Below, one piece after another: positions 1-9,132 of a stretch of 64,000 nt of DNA. Source of the stretch: Candidatus Limnocylindrales bacterium (lineage in GTDB: Bacteria; Chloroflexota; Limnocylindria; Limnocylindrales; CSP1-4); NCBI GenBank assembly GCA_038251965.1, contig JBBSAV010000001.1, positions 28,627-92,626 of the forward strand, given 5' to 3'. Every line of letters begins with the position of its first letter. Positions within the stretch are counted from its first letter, which is position 1. A program made the position numbers and the translations under genes. Below the pieces are notes generated by a model. That model did no database searches and was not told where the DNA came from. It worked only from the letters and a program-made list of their open reading frames with translations.

Positions 1-1269
1 CGGACGCACCCGGGCTGGGTGGCAGTGGGGCTCTTCGTGCTTGCGGCCCTCGTGTACTTCAGCTCCAACCCGGGCCGGACGGACTTCTACGATCACTTCG
101 TCTGGCAGGCCGATGCCTTCCTGCACGGCCGGACCGAGATCGCCTACCCCGTCAGCGACGGCCCCTACCGCAACGACTACTTCCAGGACGTGCTGCCGAC
201 AGCTTCCGACCGGGCGCAGGTGCCGTTCCCGCCGCTACCGGCCATCATCCTGCTGCCGTTCGTGGCCGTCTGGGGCCTCGGCACCAACGCGGCGGCTGTC
301 GCTGCAGCCTTGGGAGCGCTCAACGTGGCCCTGTGCTGGTGGATGCTGCTGGCGGTCACGCCGCGCCGCGCCGCGGTGCTGCTGGGCACGCTGTTCTACG
401 GCTTCGGCACCGTGGCCTGGTACGCGGCCATGTTGGGCACGACCTGGTTCCTGGCGCACGTGGTGGCGTCGACCTTCCTCTTCATCGCCATCGGGCTTGC
501 GGTTCGCGCCGAAGGACACCGCGCCGTCGGCCGCAGGTTCGTGGCCGGGCTCGCGTTCGGGACCGCCGGCGTCGCCCGCCTCACGACCATCTTCGGGGCA
601 CCATTCTTCGTGTTCGTCGGCGCTGGAGGGTCGTGGCCACGGCGTGCCCTGAGCGCCGGGGCCGGGGCGCTCCTCCCGGTGCTCCTCCTGCTCGGCTACA
701 ACCTCGTCACCGCGGGGTCGGTGTTCCATCCTGCCTATGACTATCTCTACGAGGTCGAATATCGGCCTCGCCCTGAGCTGGTGAACCCTGGCTGGTCGAT
801 CGAGGATCCGCGCTACATCCCCCAGAACGCCGGCATCATGCTGGCCCAGTTGCCCAGGATGCCGCTGCTCGACGACCCCGCCTGCGCCTCCGATGGTGTC
901 GCTGCCGGATCACTCTTCGACCCTGAGTGCGCGCTGCTCCAGCCGGACCCCATCGGCATGAGCATCCTGCTCACCAGTCCCGCCTACCTGTTGATGATCC
1001 CCGTCCTGCTGTGGGACTGGCGCCGCCGCCTCGTGGCAGGAGCAGCGTTGGCGGCGCTTTCGATCGCCCTGGTCGACCTGATGCACTTCAGCCAGGGTTG
1101 GGTCCAGTTCGGCTACCGCTTCAGCAATGACTTCGCCCCCTTCGCGGTCGTCCTCGTGGCGCTCGGTATCGCCCGTCTGGGCGTGGGCGTCAGGTCGGTG
1201 GGCTTGGTGGCTGCCTCGATCGCGGTCAACGCCTGGGGTGTCTTCTGGGGCGTGACATTGGGGTGGTGA
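1..1269 (+). CDS. GT-C-fold polytopic membrane glycosyltransferase (PMT_2/ArnT-like); 5' end probably outside window
   Basis: ORF 19..1269 has no in-frame stop back to the window start. It has a multi-TM hydrophobic profile and a first-loop acidic/aromatic motif YDHFVWQADAF. It overlaps the next GT gene by 7 nt (GTGGTGA). Confidence 0.55.
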   Translation, partial: RTHPGWVAVGLFVLAALVYFSSNPGRTDFYDHFVWQADAFLHGRTEIAYPVSDGPYRNDYFQDVLPTASDRAQVPFPPLPAIILLPFVAVWGLGTNAAAVAAALGALNVALCWWMLLAVTPRRAAVLLGTLFYGFGTVAWYAAMLGTTWFLAHVVASTFLFIAIGLAVRAEGHRAVGRRFVAGLAFGTAGVARLTTIFGAPFFVFVGAGGSWPRRALSAGAGALLPVLLLLGYNLVTAGSVFHPAYDYLYEVEYRPRPELVNPGWSIEDPRYIPQNAGIMLAQLPRMPLLDDPACASDGVAAGSLFDPECALLQPDPIGMSILLTSPAYLLMIPVLLWDWRRRLVAGAALAALSIALVDLMHFSQGWVQFGYRFSNDFAPFAVVLVALGIARLGVGVRSVGLVAASIAVNAWGVFWGVTLGW

Positions 1270-2780
1270 GGTCCACAGAAGGCGGAGTGACCCGCTATGC
1301 CCTCGCCGCGCTGCCCGTCTTCGGCGTGGCCCTGGTGCTCTACGCCCGCACCCTGCTGCCGGACGTGGGCCTATGGGACACCGCCGAGTTCCAGGCCATC
1401 GGCACCACGCTGGGGGTCGCCCACCCCACCGGCTACCCGACCTACACGCTGCTGGCCTGGCTGGGCTCGGTGGTGCTGGCGCCGCTGGGCACCGCAGCCT
1501 ACCGGGCCGACCTGCTCTCAGCCCTGCTGATGGCCGGGGCCGCCGCCCTACTGGCAGTCACCACGGTGCAGGTCACGCGGCGCTGGCCCATCGGCCTGCT
1601 GGCGGGCCTGACCTTCGCGCTGACACCCGTGGCCTGGCAGTGGGGGCAGCGCGCCGACCCCCACGCACTGCATGTCTTCATGGCGGCTTTGCTGCTGGTG
1701 CTGCTCGGCGCCTGGGCTGGTGGCCGGGAGCACGACCCGCGCCGCGCCTCGCGCTGGTTGGTCGCTGCCGCCTTCGTGTTCGGCCTCGCGTTGGGCAATC
1801 ACGCCCTGACGTTGTTGCTGGTGCCCGGAATCGCTGCCTACGTCCTGCTGGTCGCGCCTCGCATCCTGTGGCGGCAATGGTGGCTGGTGCTGCTGTGCGT
1901 CGCGGTGATCGCCCTCAGCGCCACCTTGGTCTACCTCTATCTGCCGCTGCGCTCCGCCATGGACCCGCCGCTCGACTATGCGGACCCCGACACCTGGGAC
2001 GCCTTCTGGTATGTCGTCCTGGGCGAACAGTTCCAGGGCTCCTTCGGCCCACTGCCGACGCTCGCAGACATCGTCGCCGGCATGGGCAGCGAGCTGGGCC
2101 GCAACCTCGGGCTCCTCTCGATCCTGGCCGTGTCGGGCGCGCTGGTGGGGCTGGTGCGACACCCCCGCCGCACCGTGCTTTCGCTGCTGTGGTTCGGCTG
2201 TACATGGATCTTTGCCATCGGCTACCCCAACGCCGCCATCGAGCGCTACTACCTGGTGCCGCTGCTGATGGCGGCGCTGTGGGTCGGGCTGGCCGCCGAC
2301 GCTGCCGCAGATACCCTCCGTGGGCTGCTGCAGCGGTCTGCCGGGACCATCCTGGCGAAGGTGCTCGGTGGGACGCTGCTGGCCATCTTGCTGATACTGG
2401 CAGTGATTCCTGCCGCGAACCGCTACGACGACCTCGATGCCTCTGCTGACACCTGGGGCCGGCAGATCATCGAGACCACGTTCAAAGCCCTCGCGCCCGA
2501 TGCAGTCGTCCTCTCGTGGTGGTCATTCTCCACGCCCCTCTGGTATGGCCGCTGGGTGGAGGGCCGGCGCGAGGATGTCACCATCATCGATGACCGTGAC
2601 GTCCTCGACGATGGACTGGGTAGCGTGGAGGCCGCCATCGAGCGCTACCTCGACGAGCGACCCGTCTACCTGATCCGCCTTGACCAGGATCTGGACGCCC
2701 TCCGCGAGCGCTATGAGCTGGAGCTCGTGCCGGCGGTGGCGACCGAGCTCTACCGCGTGGTGGCGCGCAAGACCGAGTGA
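1263..2780 (+). CDS. DUF2723 / TMEM260-like GT-C membrane glycosyltransferase
   Basis: N-terminal signature GLWDTAEFQAIGTTLGVAHPTGYPTY typical of DUF2723; ~10 predicted TM helices followed by a soluble C-terminal domain. Confidence 0.65.
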   Translation: MVRSTEGGVTRYALAALPVFGVALVLYARTLLPDVGLWDTAEFQAIGTTLGVAHPTGYPTYTLLAWLGSVVLAPLGTAAYRADLLSALLMAGAAALLAVTTVQVTRRWPIGLLAGLTFALTPVAWQWGQRADPHALHVFMAALLLVLLGAWAGGREHDPRRASRWLVAAAFVFGLALGNHALTLLLVPGIAAYVLLVAPRILWRQWWLVLLCVAVIALSATLVYLYLPLRSAMDPPLDYADPDTWDAFWYVVLGEQFQGSFGPLPTLADIVAGMGSELGRNLGLLSILAVSGALVGLVRHPRRTVLSLLWFGCTWIFAIGYPNAAIERYYLVPLLMAALWVGLAADAAADTLRGLLQRSAGTILAKVLGGTLLAILLILAVIPAANRYDDLDASADTWGRQIIETTFKALAPDAVVLSWWSFSTPLWYGRWVEGRREDVTIIDDRDVLDDGLGSVEAAIERYLDERPVYLIRLDQDLDALRERYELELVPAVATELYRVVARKTE

Positions 2781-2804
2781 AGCGTGTGGCCCTAGGATTG
2801 GTGC

Positions 2805-3644
2805 GTGCCTGAGAACCGCGACCTCCCTCGCCCCGTCGAACCCGCACGCGTCGAGGCGTTGAGCTACTTCTTTCCTGCCCACGATGAGGCGGCCAATATC
2901 GAGGCCCTCGTGGAGGAGGCGCGAGCAGAGCTGCCGCGCCTGGCGGCGCGCTTCGAGATCATCGCCGTCGACGACGGCAGTACCGATGGCACAGCTGAGA
3001 TCGCCGACCGTTTGGCGGCGATCTACCCGGATGTCGTCCGTGTGGTGCATCACCACGTCAACCAGGGGTATGGCGCGGCCGTGCGTTCCGGGCTCGCCGC
3101 CGCGCGCTATCCGCTGATCTGCTTCACCGACGGCGACCGGCAGTTCCGCATCGCTGACCTGGCGCGCCTGACGGCTCGTCTGGAGGGGGCGGCGGATACC
3201 GCAGCACCCGCGGATGATGCAGCACTCCCGGACGTCGTGGTCGGCTACCGCATCGAGCGCGCCGACCCGGCCATCCGCCTGGCCTATGCGCGAGCCTACC
3301 GCTTCGCCCTGCGGCTCTTCTTCGGGCTCGCGGTACGTGATCCCGACTGCGCCTGCAAGCTCTTTCGACGAGAGGCACTCCAGGACGTTCGCGTCGAATC
3401 CGGTGGCGCCTTCCTGTCGGCTGAGCTACTCATCAAGATCGGCGCCGGTGGCGCGGTCATCGCCGAAGTGGGTGTGCCGCACTACCCGCGCACGGCCGGC
3501 ACGGCCTCGGGCGCGGATCCGCGGGTAGTCTTGCGTGCCGTCAGGGACTTCTGGGACCTGCGCCTGCGCCTGTGGGCGAACCGTGCCTCCGCCCTGCGGC
3601 GCGGCATCCCCATCCTGGCAGATGAAGGCTCCGGGCCGCCCTAA
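2805..3644 (+). CDS. GT2 polyprenol-phosphate sugar synthase (DPM1/PpmA-like)
   Basis: GT2 motifs: AHDEAANIE, IAVDDGSTDGT, QGYGAAVRSG, FTDGDRQ. Lies immediately downstream of the two GT-C genes. Confidence 0.8.
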   Translation: MPENRDLPRPVEPARVEALSYFFPAHDEAANIEALVEEARAELPRLAARFEIIAVDDGSTDGTAEIADRLAAIYPDVVRVVHHHVNQGYGAAVRSGLAAARYPLICFTDGDRQFRIADLARLTARLEGAADTAAPADDAALPDVVVGYRIERADPAIRLAYARAYRFALRLFFGLAVRDPDCACKLFRREALQDVRVESGGAFLSAELLIKIGAGGAVIAEVGVPHYPRTAGTASGADPRVVLRAVRDFWDLRLRLWANRASALRRGIPILADEGSGPP

Positions 3645-4252
3645 TGGTCCTCACCATCGTCGCCCAGTCGGTCGTCGAGAGGGCGCTCGTCCGGATCCGG
3701 CGCGCCGGGGACGGACCCTCCCCCCGATGGTCCCGCAGGGGGCGTAGGGGGCGTAGGGGGCGTCCCGCTCCCCTCACCTGATCCCGGCTCGAGCGAATTG
3801 ACGAACTCACGAAAGACGCTGAGCTTCTCGTCCTCATCCGCCTCGGGGATGACGCCGGCCCGATCAAGCACCGCCTCGGTGGCGAAGATGGGTGCGGCCA
3901 CCCGCACGGCCAGCGCGATGGCGTCACTGGGCCGCGCATCGATCTCGAAGTCGCTGCCGCCCTGGACAAGCACGATGCGGGCCCGAAAGGTCTCGTCGGC
4001 CAGGTCGGAGATGAGGACGCGGCGGACGCTGACGCCCAGGTCCGAGAGGATGGTCGTCAGCAGGTCGTGGGTGAGCGGTCGCTCAGCCTCTACGCCCTGC
4101 AGCTTCATGGCGATCGACTGCGCCTCCCAGCTACCGATCCAGATGGGCAGGTAACGTTCGTCGTCGGCTTCGCGCAGGATGACCACGTGCTGCGACGAGA
4201 GCATGTGCACGCGCACACTCTCCACGACCATCTCCCGTGCGGCACCCGTCAT
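3641..4252 (-). CDS. bifunctional nuclease family protein (DUF151/BFN) with Pro/Thr-rich acidic C-terminal tail
   Basis: Core matches the BFN family (LPIWIGSWEAQSIA...ARPSDAIALAVR). The tail PPTPPTPP is encoded by a 3x tandem 9-bp repeat. Confidence 0.7.
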   Translation of the reverse strand: MTGAAREMVVESVRVHMLSSQHVVILREADDERYLPIWIGSWEAQSIAMKLQGVEAERPLTHDLLTTILSDLGVSVRRVLISDLADETFRARIVLVQGGSDFEIDARPSDAIALAVRVAAPIFATEAVLDRAGVIPEADEDEKLSVFREFVNSLEPGSGEGSGTPPTPPTPPAGPSGGGSVPGAPDPDERPLDDRLGDDGEDH

Positions 4253-4338
4253 GCGCTGATTCTAGCGGTGTGCCCGCAGGCCGCTGGGGCGCCCCCGATA
4301 CCGACGAGCCGACCCCTACCCGCGAGTCGGCGACGCTG

Positions 4339-6459
4339 TCAGCCGACCTCGAGCTTGGTCCGGTAGATCGCCTCAGGAGTGACCCACATGAGCGTGTCGT
4401 CCTTGCGCTTGCCCTTCTTCGTCGTGCCACCCTCGATGATGTACATGCCGCGTACGTCTTCCATCTCGCCGCCATCGCCGGCCGGCAACCACTGGCCGAC
4501 ATAGCCGCCATCGACCTTGTCGAAGCCGACGATCCGCCCATGGAGCGCGTCGTAGAGATATACGCGGCCGTCGGTGTTGGCCCGTCCTGATCCATCTACC
4601 AGGCGGTAGTCGTGGCCGGGCCGCAGGTCGGCATCGTCGGGTGGCGTGGCGATGGCGAATGTGCCGTCGTAGCGCTCGTACCTGTAGCGCCGCAGCTTGT
4701 TCTGGAACAGGGCATAGACGTCGAAATCGATATAGAGCGCCTCGAAGTCCGCCACCTCCGACGCCTGCGAAGCGAGGTATGGGGAGGGCTCCTGGAAGGA
4801 GCTGCCGTCGAAGGTCTGCTGGTAGCGCATGATCTGGTTCAGCGAGGGCTCGGCCACATACATGCGGTACTGGCCCACCGCAGGATCGTAGGCCTCCACG
4901 TCGCCGTGGTCGGCCTCGAAGCCGGAGCGACCCTGCAGCGACAGCTGCACCAGCGTCCCGGCGCCCGCGGAGTTGGACGGCCGCCAACGCCAGGGCCGGG
5001 CCTTGTCGTCGACGATCACCACGTCCGGACCGGCGGCAGCAAGCTGGACAGGCTCACCTATGGCGCGGTTGCTGTTCCCTTGCTTGTCGCCTTCGTGGAC
5101 GATGGCTGCGATCTTGCCGTTCTTGGTATTGGCGCGAAAGACCGTCCCGCTGGAGCGGTCGATGTAGATGGCGCCGTCGTTCAGCCCTTCGACGAGATAG
5201 GCCGGGTCGGAACCCTCCGGCAGACGGGCGATGCGTTCGATGGTCGGGTGGTGCGCTCCGTACAAGGTGTCAAGGCCGGCCCGGACGCGCGTCTCCAGCT
5301 CGTCGAGCGCCGGAGCGGCCAAGCCGGTGTCCCGTGCCTGCTTGACCTCGGTCCAGGCATCACGGTAGTACGCAAGGGCGGTGTCGGGCTCCGTCGTCAG
5401 CAGGTTGTCCGCCCGGTTGACGTAGTCGAGCGCTGACCCCAGCGCGTTGTCGGCTTCGGCGTAGATGGGTACCTCGTTGACGTCGCTACCGCGCGGCACC
5501 AGCACCAGCACCAGGCCGACCACGAAGACGACCACGAGGAGAGCCAGCAGGCCCATCGCGGCGCGGCGCTGGTTCTCGGCACGCGAAGTCGTGGCGGTGA
5601 CCTCTTGCGCGCGCGCGTCTCGCCTGGGCATAGCGTCCCAGAAGCGGTCGCGGACGGAGTCGATGACGTCACCGATACCGACCCGGGAGGCGGTCGCGGT
5701 CCCGTTCATCGAGGCGGCCGCGGCACCGGGCAGATCACCGTAGGCATCTCCACCCGTGGGTGCGATCCCACCCTGGACCCGGGAAGATCGCTCACGGGTC
5801 TCGACCGCGATGAGGCCATCGGAACCGGAGCCCCCAGCGGCCACGAAGAGGTGGTGGAGGTGGTCGACGGCGGCCTGTGGATGCAGGGTGAGGATGGCGC
5901 TCTTGAGCTCCTCGGTCCCGACCGTCTCGGTCATGTTGCGCGACACCAGCAACAGGCCGTCGCCCGGGCTGAGCTCTCCGCGCCAGACAGCGACCGAATT
6001 GATCTCGTCGCTGGGCAGTCCCGCGGGCGCGCTGCGATCGGGCATGAGCAGACGGGCCGCTCGCACCAGGTACGCCTCGGCCGATCCGAGCGTGGCGAGG
6101 TAGAGCTCATCGTTGCGGATGACAGCCGCGGCGACGCCGAGCGATCCTGGAGAAAGGCTTGCTCCTTCGCGACCGCCGCGCAGGCGTCGGTCGGCACTCT
6201 TGACAGCCTTCTCCAGGCAGACCGGCACGCCGGCCGACTCGTCGTAGTAGTACTCGTGCCGAATGGTGTCGGCAACGAGCCTGGTGGCCTCCCGGGCGTA
6301 CGGTCCCGGGATGGTCGAGCCGACAAGGATGAAGAGCACGCCCTTGGAGCGGGTCTTCGATCCGGTGGTCGGCCGGGTCACGCTGAGTGTGTCGGCTGAA
6401 GACGGAAGCCGGTCCCGCTCGCCGATCGATCCATGCGTGATCTCGAGTCGGGTAGCCAT
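4339..6459 (-). CDS. PstP-like membrane protein: degenerate PP2C (probable pseudophosphatase) domain + 1 TM + ~390-aa extracytoplasmic repeat domain
   Basis: N-terminal ~230 aa align by eye to bacterial PP2C blocks (LYLATLGSAEAYLVR ~ GDSRxYLLR; GDGLLLVSRNM ~ DRYLLCSDGL; GGSGSDGLIAVE ~ GGPDNVTVVV). Three of the four metal-ligand Asp residues are replaced: ADGMGG becomes LVGSTIPG, GDS becomes GSA, SDG becomes SRN. Single TM helix AMGLLALLVVVFVVGLVLVLV. C-terminal domain with recurring Y-x-D/G-rich beta-strand-like repeats. Confidence 0.6.
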   Translation of the reverse strand: MATRLEITHGSIGERDRLPSSADTLSVTRPTTGSKTRSKGVLFILVGSTIPGPYAREATRLVADTIRHEYYYDESAGVPVCLEKAVKSADRRLRGGREGASLSPGSLGVAAAVIRNDELYLATLGSAEAYLVRAARLLMPDRSAPAGLPSDEINSVAVWRGELSPGDGLLLVSRNMTETVGTEELKSAILTLHPQAAVDHLHHLFVAAGGSGSDGLIAVETRERSSRVQGGIAPTGGDAYGDLPGAAAASMNGTATASRVGIGDVIDSVRDRFWDAMPRRDARAQEVTATTSRAENQRRAAMGLLALLVVVFVVGLVLVLVPRGSDVNEVPIYAEADNALGSALDYVNRADNLLTTEPDTALAYYRDAWTEVKQARDTGLAAPALDELETRVRAGLDTLYGAHHPTIERIARLPEGSDPAYLVEGLNDGAIYIDRSSGTVFRANTKNGKIAAIVHEGDKQGNSNRAIGEPVQLAAAGPDVVIVDDKARPWRWRPSNSAGAGTLVQLSLQGRSGFEADHGDVEAYDPAVGQYRMYVAEPSLNQIMRYQQTFDGSSFQEPSPYLASQASEVADFEALYIDFDVYALFQNKLRRYRYERYDGTFAIATPPDDADLRPGHDYRLVDGSGRANTDGRVYLYDALHGRIVGFDKVDGGYVGQWLPAGDGGEMEDVRGMYIIEGGTTKKGKRKDDTLMWVTPEAIYRTKLEVG

Positions 6460-6471
6460 GAGTGCCCTAGT

Positions 6472-6816
6472 CTAGCGTGGCCGCCCCGAATCCCCGCGGC
6501 GCGACCCCCTTACGATCACCTGCAACTCCAGCAGTCGTCGTCCACCGGGCGCCGAGGCGAAGGCTTCCAGCAGGTCGGCCGAATAGAGGCGCAATTCCTG
6601 GCCGGTGGCAGCATCATCAGCAGAGACCAGCAGGGTCGGCGGACGTACCTCCAACAGCTGCGACGCACCTGCCGCGGGCGGCACCAGCTCTTCGACGATA
6701 CGGATCCAGGAGGACATCGCCCGAGCCGCGCGCAGCTCCTCGTCAAGGCCAAGCTGGGAGGCGATACCGGGCAGCAGATCAGCGAGTCTGTGGACCGGGC
6801 GCCTGCGCGAAGTCAT
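6472..6816 (-). CDS. dciA: DciA (DUF721) helicase-operator-like protein
   Basis: DUF721-like sequence directly after recF. Start trimmed to the ATG that forms an ATGA overlap with the recF stop. The longest ORF would reach 6867. Confidence 0.7.
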   Translation of the reverse strand: MTSRRRPVHRLADLLPGIASQLGLDEELRAARAMSSWIRIVEELVPPAAGASQLLEVRPPTLLVSADDAATGQELRLYSADLLEAFASAPGGRRLLELQVIVRGSRRGDSGRPR

Positions 6817-7979
6817 CGGTTGCCCGGTGTTCCGACGAGGCTGACGCTGCCGTGCTCGACCTGCCACAGCGTCGAAGCGGCCACCAGGGCCGGGTCGAGG
6901 TCAGCAGGCGTGGTGGTGGTGACGATGGCCTGCGGCAAGCTGCCGATGCGGCGCACGAGGTGAGAGCGCCGCATCGGGTCCAGCTCGCTGAAGACGTCAT
7001 CGAGCAACAGCAGCGGGGGGTGGCCGTCGAGCGATGTCAACAGGTCCAGCTCGGCCAGCTTCAGGGCAAGGATGGCGGTGCGCTGCTGTCCACGCGAAGC
7101 GAACTCGGTCAGCTCGCGGCCGTCAGCGATGAAGACGAAGTCGTCACGGTGCGGTCCCACCAGCGTGGCACCGTTCCACACCTCCTTGTCAGCCGTCTCG
7201 CGCAGGCGTCGACGCAAGGCGTCCCGGACCCGTTCACCCACGATAGCCTCCACGTTCGAGCGGTAGTGCAGGGCGAGCCCTGGTTCCTCGGGCGCGATCT
7301 CGCGGTGGGCCTCAGACAGTGGCTCGGCGAGTGCCGCCATCGTCTCGTGGCGCCAATCGAGGATCTGGCCGCCGTTCTCCACGATGAGCGAATCCCAGTA
7401 GGAGAGCTCGGCGCGATCGGCCTGTTCCTCGCGGATGCGTCGCAACAGCGAGTTTCGTTGCGTGAGGGTTCGCTGGTAGGTGGACATCACGGCCGTTGCC
7501 GTCGGCTCACGCTGGCCGACCAGTGAATCGAGCAAGCTTCGCCGTAGCGAGGGCGTGCCCACGATGAGCAGCATGTCCTCGGGCGCGAAGAGCACCGTTC
7601 GCAGCATCGAGCGCAGCGCCGCAGGGCGACGATTGACGCCGTTCACGCGGATCCGTTTGCGGGCGGCACCTGCATCCGAACTCCTGGCGTGAACCACGAC
7701 TTCCAGCTCCTCTGTGCGATCGCCGACATCGACCTGACCTGAGACGCGCGCGAAATCAGCGCCCCAGCGGACCATCTCGGGATCCACGGAGCTGCGGTGC
7801 GAGCGGCCCGACGAGAGCAATACCAGCGACTCGACCAGGTTGGTCTTGCCGGCGGCGTTGCGCCCCACCACCACGTGGGGGCCAGCGCCGAACTCGACCT
7901 CAAGATGCCGGTAGCTGCGGAAGCCGTCGAGCGTCAGTGTTCGGACCGGCATCAGACGGCGACCAAGGCCTGGCCGCAC
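6813..7979 (-). CDS. recF: DNA replication and repair protein RecF
   Basis: Walker A GRNAAGKTNLVESL; SMC-like architecture; follows dnaN. Confidence 0.95.
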   Translation of the reverse strand: MRPGLGRRLMPVRTLTLDGFRSYRHLEVEFGAGPHVVVGRNAAGKTNLVESLVLLSSGRSHRSSVDPEMVRWGADFARVSGQVDVGDRTEELEVVVHARSSDAGAARKRIRVNGVNRRPAALRSMLRTVLFAPEDMLLIVGTPSLRRSLLDSLVGQREPTATAVMSTYQRTLTQRNSLLRRIREEQADRAELSYWDSLIVENGGQILDWRHETMAALAEPLSEAHREIAPEEPGLALHYRSNVEAIVGERVRDALRRRLRETADKEVWNGATLVGPHRDDFVFIADGRELTEFASRGQQRTAILALKLAELDLLTSLDGHPPLLLLDDVFSELDPMRRSHLVRRIGSLPQAIVTTTTPADLDPALVAASTLWQVEHGSVSLVGTPGNR

Positions 7980-8010
7980 GCGGCCGTGCTCGTGTCTCGC
8001 GCCGTGTCGG

Positions 8011-9132
8011 TCAGGAGGGTGTGCGTACCGGCATGATCACATGCACATAAGCCGGGTCGTCCACTGGCTTCAGCACACCCGGCGCAAGCGGGCCACTCAA
8101 CTCCACCGCCAGTTGCTCGCCATCCATGTTCTGCAGCGCTTCCACCATGTAGCGGGCGTTGAACGCGATGGTGACCGGGTCACCTTCCAGCTGCGCATCG
8201 ACGCGTCCCTCGGCATCACCCACGTCCGCCTTGGCGTTGACGGCGATCGACTCGGGCGCCTCCTCCTCTCCGAAACCGAGCCGCACGACATTGGCTGATG
8301 AGGAGGCGATGAGCGCGGTCAGTCGAACAGCCTTCAACAGCTCATCACGATCGACCAGGGCACGGGTGCTGTGTGATGTCGGCAGCACCGACTGATAGTT
8401 GGGGAACTGGCCGTCGATCAGCCGACTGACGATCTCGGTCGTGTCGACCCTGAAGATGACCTGATTCTTGGCCTGGGCGAGGATGATATCGACCGGCTCC
8501 TCGCTGTCGCCGAGCACACGCATCAGCTCGACATAGGAGCGTGCCGGGACCACCACGCTGGTCTCTTCCACCGACTGCATCAGCTCAAGCGTCTTGACCG
8601 CGATGCGGTAGTTGTCAGCTGCGGCAAGCGTCAGGACCTCACCGGAGAGCTTCGTCAGCACACCGGTGAGGATCGGACGGGTCTCGTCAGCAGCAGCGGC
8701 GAACGTGACCTCGGCCAAGGCACGCCGCATGGCCTTCTGGCTCACCTGGGTGGTGGGACGGTCGCCGGCGGCAGGGATGACCGGGAACTCCTCAGCATCG
8801 ATGCCACGCAGACGTGACTTGTAGTTGCCGGAACGGATCAGGAGCGTGTTCTCCTTCTCCATCTCCAGGTCCACTCGCTCACCGGCCGGCAGTCCTCCGA
8901 CCACGTCGGTGAGGAGGCGAGCCGGCACGGTCATCGTGCCATCGGTGTCGATCTTCCCCGGCACCCACACCGAGATGCCGATCTCAAGGTTGGTGGCGGT
9001 GAGGCGGAGGCCACCGTCCTGGGTCTTCAGCAGGACGTTGGCAAGGACTGGCAGGGTCGCCCGACTGCTGACGGCGCGGGCCACGTGGGACAAGCCCCGG
9101 GCCAGGTTCTCTTGCATCAAGGACAGCTTCAC
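8011..9132 (-). CDS. dnaN: DNA polymerase III beta sliding clamp
   Basis: 373 aa with N-terminus MKLSLMQENLARGLSHVARAVSSR typical of DnaN; downstream of dnaA. Confidence 0.95.
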   Translation of the reverse strand: MKLSLMQENLARGLSHVARAVSSRATLPVLANVLLKTQDGGLRLTATNLEIGISVWVPGKIDTDGTMTVPARLLTDVVGGLPAGERVDLEMEKENTLLIRSGNYKSRLRGIDAEEFPVIPAAGDRPTTQVSQKAMRRALAEVTFAAAADETRPILTGVLTKLSGEVLTLAAADNYRIAVKTLELMQSVEETSVVVPARSYVELMRVLGDSEEPVDIILAQAKNQVIFRVDTTEIVSRLIDGQFPNYQSVLPTSHSTRALVDRDELLKAVRLTALIASSSANVVRLGFGEEEAPESIAVNAKADVGDAEGRVDAQLEGDPVTIAFNARYMVEALQNMDGEQLAVELSGPLAPGVLKPVDDPAYVHVIMPVRTPS

